In this document: positions 43,401 to 50,424 of the stretch, piece by piece
Layout: every line of letters starts with the position of its first letter
Position numbering within the stretch: the stretch's first letter is position 1
NCBI GenBank assembly: GCA_964557235.1
Contig: CAZKZQ010000002.1
Location: 1 to 50,424 of the forward strand
Direction: 5' to 3'
Origin: an uncultured Nocardioidaceae bacterium
GTDB lineage: Bacteria > Actinomycetota > Actinomycetes > Propionibacteriales > Nocardioidaceae
DNA length: 50,424 nucleotides
Program-made: the position numbers and the translations under genes
Notes under the pieces: model-generated
Database searches by the model: none
Told to the model about the DNA's origin: nothing
Seen by the model: the letters and a program-made list of their open reading frames with translations, nothing else

Positions 43401-43898
43401 TCAGAGCACCTTGGTGCCGTACATCTCGCCGAGCGGGTCGGCGATCAGCTCGAGCCGCGCGCCGTTGGGGTCGCGGAAGTAGATCGAGGTGCCGCTGAGC
43501 TCCTGGTACTCCACCCCGGCGTCGTCGAGCCTGCCCTTGAGCCGCTGCCACTGCTCCGGCTCCACGGAGATGGCGATGTGGTGCAGGCCGCCCAGCACCT
43601 CGGCGTACTCCCCCACGTCGAGGCCGGGGAAGTCGAAGAAGGCCAGCAGGTTGTCGTGGCCGATGTCGAAGAAGAAGTGGTTCGAGCCCGGGTAGTCGCG
43701 GTTCTCGAAGATGTCGGTCAGCGGGAACTCGAGCACACCCTGGTAGAAGCGCACGGTCTCCTCGACGTCGCGCGCGACGACGGCGAAGTGGTGGAGCCCG
43801 CGGGCGCTCGAAGGTGCGCGCCGGTCCTCGGGCTCGAGGTAGGTCTCACGGATGCGCTCGCGCTCGGCGGCGATCGCGTCCAGGTCGATGTCGGTCAC
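43401..43898 (-). CDS. VOC/glyoxalase family protein
   Basis: GLHHFAV, FFFDIG..LAFFDF, GGLHHIAI, SIYFRDPNGARLEL. Confidence 0.9.
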   Translation of the reverse strand: MTDIDLDAIAAERERIRETYLEPEDRRAPSSARGLHHFAVVARDVEETVRFYQGVLEFPLTDIFENRDYPGSNHFFFDIGHDNLLAFFDFPGLDVGEYAEVLGGLHHIAISVEPEQWQRLKGRLDDAGVEYQELSGTSIYFRDPNGARLELIADPLGEMYGTKVL

Positions 43899-43907
43899 GC
43901 TCCGACG

Positions 43908-44573
43908 CTAGACCGTCAGGGGGCCGCCGTCCCAGTGTTCGCGGTGGGTGAGCTCCTCGACCTCTGCCCGGCGCAGCTTGGTCAGCTGCTTGACCGGCTT
44001 GCCGAGCGGCACCACGGCGGCGACGGCATAGGGCGCGGGGATGCCGAGCAGCTCCTTGAGCGCCGGCTCCTCGGCGATCGCCATCGTGGTGATCGTGCCG
44101 CCGAAGCCCTCGTTGCGGGCGGCGAGCAGGATGTTCCACACCAGCGGATAGACCGAGCCGCCGCCGACGATGCCGACCCGGTCGAGGTCCTTGTCCAGGG
44201 CGGCCACCGCGCGCAGGTCCACGCAGACGACCAGCACGACCGGCGCCTTGCGCAGCGGCTCGACGACGTACGCCGGCACCTCGGTCTGCGCGACCTGCTC
44301 GTCGGTGACCTGGCTGGGAGTCGCGGCGCTCCACGGGGTCTCGCCGGCCGCGCCCTGGGCGGCGTAGCGGCGCGCACCCGGCCCGGTGACCTCGATCAGC
44401 CGCTCCCGCGTCTCGGGGTCGCGGATCACGACGATCTGCGTGCCCTGCCGGTTGCCGCCGCTCGGGGCGAACCGGGCGTTGTCGAGGATCGTGTGCAGGA
44501 CGTCGTCGGGCAGCGGGTCGTCGGTGAACTCGCGGACGGCCGGGGTGGTGCGCATGACGTCGTAGAGCTCCAT
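43908..44573 (-). CDS. Nitroreductase family protein
   Basis: ATG 44573; RTTPAVREF, ARFAPSGGNRQ, WNILLAARNEGFG, VPLGKP. Confidence 0.9.
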   Translation of the reverse strand: MELYDVMRTTPAVREFTDDPLPDDVLHTILDNARFAPSGGNRQGTQIVVIRDPETRERLIEVTGPGARRYAAQGAAGETPWSAATPSQVTDEQVAQTEVPAYVVEPLRKAPVVLVVCVDLRAVAALDKDLDRVGIVGGGSVYPLVWNILLAARNEGFGGTITTMAIAEEPALKELLGIPAPYAVAAVVPLGKPVKQLTKLRRAEVEELTHREHWDGGPLTV

Positions 44574-44613
44574 GCGGACGACCCTAGCCAGCAATCCGCA
44601 CGAGACCGACGGC

Positions 44614-45324
44614 TCAGCCGGTCGGCCCGAACCGCTCCACCCGGATCGCGCCCGGTGCGACACCGCACGCGCGCAGCAGGTCCTCGGCGTACGACGCGAA
44701 GCGGGCCGAGCCGCACACGTAGGCCAGCTCCGCCCCGACCAGCAACGGCGCGAGCTCCTCGGGGGTGGGCGGCCCGGCAGGACGGGCGTCGGTGTCCCTG
44801 CGGGTGTAGGCGATCCGCGCACCGGCCGCGGCGAGCTCCGCGCGGTAGGGCAGGTCGTCGGGCCCGCGTGCGACGGCGACCACCCGCAGCAGGTCGCGGC
44901 GGTCGAGTCGCTGCGCGGTGCGCAGCATCGACACGGCCGGCACGACGCCGGTCCCGCCGACCAGGCACAGCGCGGGCGTGCGGGTGTCCCAGGTGAACCA
45001 GCGGCCGATCGGCCCCCGCAGCTCCAGGACGTCGCCGACCTCGGCGACGTCGGAGAGGAACGACGACACCTCCCCGTCGGGCAGCCGCTCGACGAGCAGC
45101 TCGACCAGCGGGTCCTCGGTGTCGCTGGCCACGGAGTAGGACCGCTGGGCGGTGTAGTCGTCGGGCGCGCGCAGCCGCAGCAGGTAGTGCTGCCCCGGCC
45201 TGTGGGGCAGCCGGTCCTCGACGCGCAGTCGCAGCCGCACCGTGCGGTCGGTCGGGAGCTCCTTCTCGACCACGGTCCCCGTCGTCCACGCGGTCTCGAC
45301 GGGTCGCACGTCCTCGATCGACAT
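44614..45324 (-). CDS. FAD/NAD(P)-binding ferredoxin-reductase-like oxidoreductase (no Fe-S domain)
   Basis: ATG 45324; PGQHY, QRSYSVAS, GEVSSFL, RGPIG, GGTGVVP, YVCGS, ERFG. Confidence 0.9.
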   Translation of the reverse strand: MSIEDVRPVETAWTTGTVVEKELPTDRTVRLRLRVEDRLPHRPGQHYLLRLRAPDDYTAQRSYSVASDTEDPLVELLVERLPDGEVSSFLSDVAEVGDVLELRGPIGRWFTWDTRTPALCLVGGTGVVPAVSMLRTAQRLDRRDLLRVVAVARGPDDLPYRAELAAAGARIAYTRRDTDARPAGPPTPEELAPLLVGAELAYVCGSARFASYAEDLLRACGVAPGAIRVERFGPTG

Positions 45325-45929
45325 CAGTCGCCCTGGTAGCGCTGCTCGAGCCAGGGGTCGCCGCGGTCGTGGTATCCGTTCTGCTCCCAGAACCCCGGGC
45401 GGTCGTGCGTCATCAGCTCCAGGCGCGAGACCCACTTGGCCGACTTCCAGAAGTAGAGGTGCGGCACGAGCAGCCGCACCGGGCCGCCGTGCTCGCGGGG
45501 CAGCGGCTTGCCGTCGTACTCCCAGACCAGCCAGGCCTTGCCGTCGACGACGTCGGAGATCGGCAGGTTGGTGGTGTAGCCGGTGCTCGCGTGGGCCATG
45601 ACGTACGCCGCCTCGGCGGTCGGGCCCGCGGCCTCCAGCAGCACGTCGACGCTCACGCCCCGGAAGGCGACGTCGAGCTTGGACCACGTCGTCACGCAGT
45701 GGATGTCGCCGGCGTACGTCGAGCGCGGCAGGTCGCGCAGCTCGTCCCACGTCCAGGTGGTGGGCCGCTCGACCGCCCCGTCGACGGTGACGCTCCACCG
45801 GTCGGGGTCGATGCGGGGCGTGGCCTCGGCGGTGAGGACGGGCCAGCTGCTGCCGGTGTCGTACTGTCCGGGCGGCAACCGGCCCTCGCGGTCGCGGCGC
45901 CGGCCGACGAAGCCTCGGGTGACGGGCAT
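45324..45929 (-). CDS. Sulfite-oxidase-like molybdopterin oxidoreductase (YuiH-like)
   Basis: ATG 45929; RLPPGQY, DIHCVTTWSK (Mo-ligand Cys), EHGGPVRL, YFWKSAKW, GFWEQNGYH..GDPW.EQRY. Confidence 0.92.
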   Translation of the reverse strand: MPVTRGFVGRRRDREGRLPPGQYDTGSSWPVLTAEATPRIDPDRWSVTVDGAVERPTTWTWDELRDLPRSTYAGDIHCVTTWSKLDVAFRGVSVDVLLEAAGPTAEAAYVMAHASTGYTTNLPISDVVDGKAWLVWEYDGKPLPREHGGPVRLLVPHLYFWKSAKWVSRLELMTHDRPGFWEQNGYHDRGDPWLEQRYQGD

Positions 45930-46009
45930 GCCCCCGACGCTAGCGACTGGACCCGAGCAGGGGCCAGACGGCTCTGCCGGCGAGCGTCGGTGCGGTGGAT
46001 GCTGGAGGC

Positions 46010-47065
46010 ATGAGGCGACGGGGACTCGTGTCCGTGCTGGCGACCCTGGTGCTCGCCGCAGGCGGCTGCGGCGTGGACGGGGCGGCGCCACGGGACCCGG
46101 TGCCCGACCCGTCGGCGGCCGACCCGTCGGCGGCGGCCCCGGCGCGGACGACCCTCGTCGCGGGCGAGGACGCCTGGGTCGCGGTGTCGGTCTCGACCCT
46201 GTGGCGGTCGCCCTCGTCGCCGCGCGCCGTGGACGCGCCGGCGCTCGAAGCGCCGGTCCGCGTGCGCGCGTGGCTGTCCGCGATGTCGACGGAGCAGCGT
46301 CGCGGCCTCAACGGTCGCGCCGACACCCAGGCGATCCTCGGCGACCGCGTGCGGGTCCTGCGGCTCGACGGCGGCTGGGCGCGGGTGCGGGTGCCCGACC
46401 AGCCCGTGCCCGGGGTGTCCGGGGGCTATCGCGGCTGGGTGCCGCGCCGCCAGCTGACGGCCCGTCCGCCGACCCGGACGACCCGGCTCGCGACGGTCAC
46501 CAGCCGCACGAGCTGGGTGCACGACCCCGGCACCGGCGCACGACGGCTGCTGGTCAGCTATGGCACGCGCCTGCCCTGGCTGCGCGCCCAGGACGACTCG
46601 CACGCGCTGGTGACACTGCCGTCCGGAGCCCGCGTGACGGTGCCCTCCGCCAACGTGTCGGTGCACCTGCGGGGCGAGCCGGCGCTGGCCCGCACCGGCC
46701 GCAGCCTGGTGCGGTCGGCGAGGCAGTTCGTCGGGCTGGACTACCTCTGGGCCGGCCGCTCGGGATTCGGGTTCGACTGCTCCGGCCTGACCTCGTTGGA
46801 CTACCGCGTGCACGGACTGGTGATCCCGCGTGACGCCCGCCCGCAGTCCGTCGCCGGCCGGGCGGTCGCAGCCGGACACCTCGCGCGCGGCGACCTGCTC
46901 TTCTACGCCACCGACGGCGTGGTCCACCACGTCTCGATGTATGCCGGCGACGGCACGATGGTGCACGCGCCGGGCACCGGCCGACAGGTCGAGGTCATCG
47001 CGACGAGCACGCCGGCGTACTCACGGGAGTACGCCGGAGCGCGTCGCTTCCTCCCCCCGCGCTGA
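46010..47065 (+). CDS. NlpC/P60 (C40) peptidase lipoprotein with SH3b-like domains (YkfC-like)
   Basis: ATG 46010; lipobox LAAGGC; DTQAILGD, YRGWVP, YLWAG..FDCSGL, GDLLFY, HHVSMY, MVHAP. Confidence 0.9.
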   Translation: MRRRGLVSVLATLVLAAGGCGVDGAAPRDPVPDPSAADPSAAAPARTTLVAGEDAWVAVSVSTLWRSPSSPRAVDAPALEAPVRVRAWLSAMSTEQRRGLNGRADTQAILGDRVRVLRLDGGWARVRVPDQPVPGVSGGYRGWVPRRQLTARPPTRTTRLATVTSRTSWVHDPGTGARRLLVSYGTRLPWLRAQDDSHALVTLPSGARVTVPSANVSVHLRGEPALARTGRSLVRSARQFVGLDYLWAGRSGFGFDCSGLTSLDYRVHGLVIPRDARPQSVAGRAVAAGHLARGDLLFYATDGVVHHVSMYAGDGTMVHAPGTGRQVEVIATSTPAYSREYAGARRFLPPR

Positions 47066-47101
47066 CGCTGCGCTGACGCCCGCGCTGACCCCCGCGCTGA
47101 C
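47059..47101. repeat. Four copies of GCGCTGAC at 11-12 bp spacing
   Basis: Copies start at 47059, 47070, 47082 and 47094; the first contains the nlpC stop codon. Confidence 0.8.
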
Positions 47102-47112
47102 GCCGGGAGCGG

Positions 47113-47139
47113 TCAAGCAGGTGGCAAGGCCTTTGCAAG
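47113..47139 (+). promoter_or_regulatory. Three (T/G)CAAG direct repeats at 11-bp spacing (SARP/OmpR-type site candidate)
   Basis: TCAAG 47113, GCAAG 47124, GCAAG 47135, upstream of the SnoaL-like gene. Confidence 0.45.
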
Positions 47140-47206
47140 CCATGGGCCGCAGTCTCGTGGCAACGGAGAGCCCCACCAGGGGCCCTCACCACGAGAGGGA
47201 ACGACC

Positions 47207-47605
47207 ATGACCAGCAACGACCCCACCACTGTCGCCTCGACGCTCCTCGGCGAGCTGGAGACCGCCTGGAACGCCGGCGACGGGCAGGCGTTCGGCCGTG
47301 CGTACGCCGCCGACGCGACCTTCGTGACCGTCCGCGGCGAGCACATCGTCGGCCGGGGCGCGATCGCCGGAGGACACCAGGGGATCTTCGACTCGATCTA
47401 TCGCGACAGCACCAACCGGATGGAGGTCGTCACGGCCGAGTCGCTCGCCGAGGGCGTCGTCCTGGCGGTGTCGGCCCACACCCTCGACGTCCCGCAGGGA
47501 CCCCTGGCCGGCCGGCACCGGGCGACCTGCACCAGCGTGATGACCCGCCTCGCCGACGGCGACTGGGTCGTCGCGAGCAGCCAGAACACCCTGGTGACCG
47601 CCTGA
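47207..47605 (+). CDS. NTF2/SnoaL-like (SgcJ/EcaC-type) protein
   Basis: AWNAGDGQAF..DATFV..G..GRGAI..H..IF, W.VASSQNT; GAGAGGG RBS. Confidence 0.88.
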   Translation: MTSNDPTTVASTLLGELETAWNAGDGQAFGRAYAADATFVTVRGEHIVGRGAIAGGHQGIFDSIYRDSTNRMEVVTAESLAEGVVLAVSAHTLDVPQGPLAGRHRATCTSVMTRLADGDWVVASSQNTLVTA

Positions 47606-47611
47606 GCCAGG

Positions 47612-47645
47612 CACGCCCCGGGCCGCGAGACCGGCCCGGGGCGTG
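47612..47645. terminator. Bidirectional hairpin terminator between convergent genes
   Basis: Perfect 14-bp stem CACGCCCCGGGCCG / CGGCCCGGGGCGTG with a 6-nt loop. Confidence 0.8.
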
Positions 47646-47651
47646 GGTCCG

Positions 47652-49043
47652 TCAGATCACGATCCCCAGCAGGAGCACGAAGACCAGCCCGCTGACCGAC
47701 AGCACGGTCTCCATCAGTGACCACGACTTGATCGTCTGGCCGACGGAGAGACCGAAGTACTCCTTGACCAGCCAGAAGCCGGCGTCGTTGACGTGGCTGA
47801 AGAACACCGAGCCGGCACCGATGGCGAGCACGACCAGCGAGGTCTCGCCGGTCGACAGGCCCTCGACCAGACCGAGCATGAGCGCGGACGCGGTGATCGT
47901 CGCGACGGTGGCCGAGCCGGTCGCGAGGCGGATCAGCACCGCGAGCACCCAGGCCAGCAGCAGCACGGACACGTTGGCGTCCTTGGCCCAGTCGGCCAGG
48001 AGCGTGCCGATGCCGGTGTCGACCAGCACCTGCTTGAAGCCACCACCGGCGGCCACGATGAGCAGGATGCCGGCGATCGCGGGCAGCGAGCTCTCCACCG
48101 ACGACGTGACGGCGGCGCGGTCCATGCCCGAGGCGCGGCCGAGGGTGAACATCGCGACGACCACCGCGGTGAGCAGGGCGACGAACGGGTTGCCGATCAC
48201 GTCGAAGACCTTCTGGACGCCGTCCTCCGGGTCGTCCACGACGATGTCGACGATCGCCTTGGCCATCATCAGCACGACGGGCAGGAGCACGGTCGCGACG
48301 GTGCTCACGAACGCCGGACGGGTCCCCTCGGCACGGTCCTCGCGGGCCTCGAACAGCTCGGGGGCGGGCACGTCGACCCAGCGGCCGGCCAGGCGACCGA
48401 ACAGCGGACCGGACACGATGACGGTCGGCACGGCCACGAGGACGCCGAGCATCAGCGTGGTGCCGAGGTCGGCGCCCAGCGACGAGATCGCGACGAGCGG
48501 GCCGGGGTGCGGCGGGACGAGCCCGTGCATCGCGGAGAGACCGGCCAGCGTCGGGATGCCGATCGCGATGACGGACAGCTGGGCGCGGCGCGCGACGAGG
48601 TAGATCACCGGCATGAGCAGCACGAGGCCGATCTCGAAGAACATCGGCAGGCCGATGAGCGCACCGACGCCCGCCATCGCCCACGGCAGGGCGCGCCGCG
48701 ACGACCGGCCCACGATCGTGTCGACGATCTGGTCGGCGCCGCCGGAGTCGGCCAGCAGCTTGGCGAACATCGCGCCCAGCGCGATGAGGGCGCCGACGCC
48801 CGCGGCCGTCGTACCGAAGCCCGTGGAGAAGCTGGTGATCACGTCGTTGACGTTCTGACCGGCCACGATGCCGACGGTCAGGCCACCGAAGATCAGCGCC
48901 AGGAACGGGTGCAGCTTGCCGACCGTGATGAGCGCGACGATGAGGCCGATGGCCACGAGCGCCGCGGTCACGAGCAGACCACCGGAGGCCACGGGATCCA
49001 CCAGCGGCGCGGGGTCGGCGGTCCGGACGAGCTGGCTGATCAT
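47652..49043 (-). CDS. gntP: GntP-family gluconate:H+ symporter
   Basis: ATG 49043; KLHPFLAL, GLPMFFEIG, HGLVPPHPGP, RLATGSATVA, SHVNDAGFWLVKEYFG. Confidence 0.93.
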   Translation of the reverse strand: MISQLVRTADPAPLVDPVASGGLLVTAALVAIGLIVALITVGKLHPFLALIFGGLTVGIVAGQNVNDVITSFSTGFGTTAAGVGALIALGAMFAKLLADSGGADQIVDTIVGRSSRRALPWAMAGVGALIGLPMFFEIGLVLLMPVIYLVARRAQLSVIAIGIPTLAGLSAMHGLVPPHPGPLVAISSLGADLGTTLMLGVLVAVPTVIVSGPLFGRLAGRWVDVPAPELFEAREDRAEGTRPAFVSTVATVLLPVVLMMAKAIVDIVVDDPEDGVQKVFDVIGNPFVALLTAVVVAMFTLGRASGMDRAAVTSSVESSLPAIAGILLIVAAGGGFKQVLVDTGIGTLLADWAKDANVSVLLLAWVLAVLIRLATGSATVATITASALMLGLVEGLSTGETSLVVLAIGAGSVFFSHVNDAGFWLVKEYFGLSVGQTIKSWSLMETVLSVSGLVFVLLLGIVI

Positions 49044-49558
49044 GCGTTCTCCTCGGTGTGGGTGGCGTACTGGTCGACGATCGCGTCGATGCTCTGGTCG
49101 ACGTCGATCACGACGCCCTGCTCGTCGTCCGCGAGCGGCTCGAGCGTCTGGAACTGGGAGGTGAGCAGGGAGGCCGGCATGAAGTGCCCGGGCCGGCTCG
49201 CCTGCCGGCGGGCGATGACCTCGCGGTCCCCGTGCAGGTGGAGCAGCTCGAGGTCGGGCGCCTGCGCACGGAGCCGGTCGCGATAGGACCGCTTGAGCGC
49301 CGAGCAGCTGATGACGCCGCCCTCCTCGCGGTGGTCGGCCAGCCACTGGCCGAGGGCGTCGAGCCAGGGCCCGCGGTCCTCGTCGGTGAGCGCCTCGCCG
49401 GCGGTCATCTTGGCGATGTTGGCCGGGGGGTGGAAGTCGTCCGCGTCGGCGAACGGCACGCGCAGGCGCTGCGCGAGCGCGGCGCCGACCGTGGACTTGC
49501 CGGAGCCGGACACCCCCATCACGACGACGAGGGGCGGTGACTCTGCTGTGGCAGTCAT
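49040..49558 (-). CDS. gntK: Gluconokinase
   Basis: MGVSGSGKST, DADDFHPPANIAKM..LTDEDR.PWL, CSALKRSYRD, HFMPASLL.SQFQTLE. Confidence 0.95.
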   Translation of the reverse strand: MTATAESPPLVVVMGVSGSGKSTVGAALAQRLRVPFADADDFHPPANIAKMTAGEALTDEDRGPWLDALGQWLADHREEGGVISCSALKRSYRDRLRAQAPDLELLHLHGDREVIARRQASRPGHFMPASLLTSQFQTLEPLADDEQGVVIDVDQSIDAIVDQYATHTEENA

Positions 49559-49580
49559 GGGTGCTCCCGGGCTGGGCGGA

Positions 49581-49596
49581 TGTGACGACCAGCACA
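49581..49596. promoter_or_regulatory. CRP/GlxR-type site TGTGA-CGACCA-GCACA upstream of gntK
   Basis: 9/10 match to TGTGA-N6-TCACA. Nearby AT-rich TATGATC (49612) and TAAGATC (49644) may be GntR operator elements. Confidence 0.55.
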
Positions 49597-49656
49597 GGGT
49601 GCGTCAAAAGATATGATCATTGCAAGACCTACTGGCGATTAACTAAGATCTTTGCT

Positions 49657-50364
49657 GTGGATCGACGGCCGCACGGCGCCCTGCACGGAGACGTCCTCGA
49701 CGCGCTCGGCGCGCGGATCACCTCCGGCGAGCTGGCGCCCGGCACGGTCCTCACCCTCGACGGCATCGCCCGCACCTACTCCGTCTCGATGCCCGTCGCC
49801 CGCGAGGCGGTGCGCGTGCTCCAGTCGATGGGGCTGGTCACCTCACGGCGACGGGTCGGGGTCACCGTCCAGCCGCGATCGGCCTGGAACGTCTTCGACC
49901 CTCGCGTGATCCGCTGGCGCCTCGAGGGCGAGGACCGCACGGCCCAGCTGCTGTCGCTCTCGGAGCTGCGGCGCGGCTTCGAGCCGGTCGCCGCCGCCCT
50001 GGCCGCGCAGCGCGCGACCCCCGAGCAGGGGCGCACCCTCGCCGCCGCGGTCGCCGACATGGAGGTCCACGGCCGTGCCGGCGACCTCGAGGCCTACCTG
50101 CTGGCCGACCAGGTCTTCCACCGCACGCTGCTCCAGGCCAGCGGCAACGAGATGATCGCGTCCCTCGCGGGCATGGTCGGCGAGGTGCTGGCCGGGCGCA
50201 CCCACCACGACCTCATGCCCGCCCGCCCCAACCCCGTCGCGATCGCGCTGCACGACGAGGTCGGCAGCGCCGTACGCCGGGGTGACGCGGTCGGCGCCGA
50301 GGCCGCGATGCGCCGCATCATCGACGAGGCCGCCGACGCGATGCGCGAGGAGCAGGGCGGCTGA
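49657..50364 (+). CDS. gntR: GntR/FadR-family (FCD) transcriptional regulator of the gluconate genes
   Basis: GTG 49657, 7 nt after TAAGAT; wHTH (VS.PVAREAVRVL..MGLV..RRRVG), FCD (ELRRGFEP.AA, DQVFH..SGN, H); divergent from gntK. Confidence 0.9.
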   Translation: MDRRPHGALHGDVLDALGARITSGELAPGTVLTLDGIARTYSVSMPVAREAVRVLQSMGLVTSRRRVGVTVQPRSAWNVFDPRVIRWRLEGEDRTAQLLSLSELRRGFEPVAAALAAQRATPEQGRTLAAAVADMEVHGRAGDLEAYLLADQVFHRTLLQASGNEMIASLAGMVGEVLAGRTHHDLMPARPNPVAIALHDEVGSAVRRGDAVGAEAAMRRIIDEAADAMREEQGG

Positions 50365-50424
50365 GCCGACCTCAGGACGCGCCGTCGGCGAGCTGCTCGT
50401 GACTGCGGGCGCCCTGCCCGTGCA

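Noticed and set aside
46106-46140. 15-bp duplication GACCCGTCGGCGGC
   Set aside because: It encodes DPSAA twice in the lipoprotein tether; ordinary linker slippage.
50372-50424. Possible 3' end of a minus-strand gene (..HGQGARSHEQLADGAS*)
   Set aside because: Only 17 codons are visible; it cannot be identified.

Overview
High-GC actinobacterial chromosome segment, Nocardioidaceae-like by gene content (inference). I found no tRNA, rRNA, CRISPR array, integrase or transposase. The core is a ~34-kb DosR/DevR (OsdR)-type hypoxia/dormancy island (5865-40205). It holds a DosS-like haem-GAF kinase, DosR, cydAB plus fused cydDC, an Acg nitroreductase, three USPs, Hsp20, an Rv2004c-like protein, a CtpF-like P-type ATPase and a Zn-ADH, with many GGGCC-N4-GGCCC-type boxes in 22-bp phase centred ~42-43 bp upstream of predicted start sites. 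Three parts of the island are unusual. (i) A DosR-box-led operon: membrane protein-acsA-pdhA-pdhB-E2-ACP-archaeal-type FBP aldolase/phosphatase-ppsA, with no E3 and no FAS/PKS. (ii) A DosS paralogue lacking the haem pocket and ATPase domain, plus a separately encoded degenerate HATPase-like domain with its own DosR-type promoter. (iii) A HAD/P-loop fusion protein. The left flank has a KstR-box-led esterase/FMO pair, an AlkZ-like glycosylase and an S8 protease. The right flank has molybdoenzyme/redox genes, an NlpC/P60 lipoprotein and a gluconate gntP-gntK-gntR module. All calls come from reading motifs by eye; no database searches were run.
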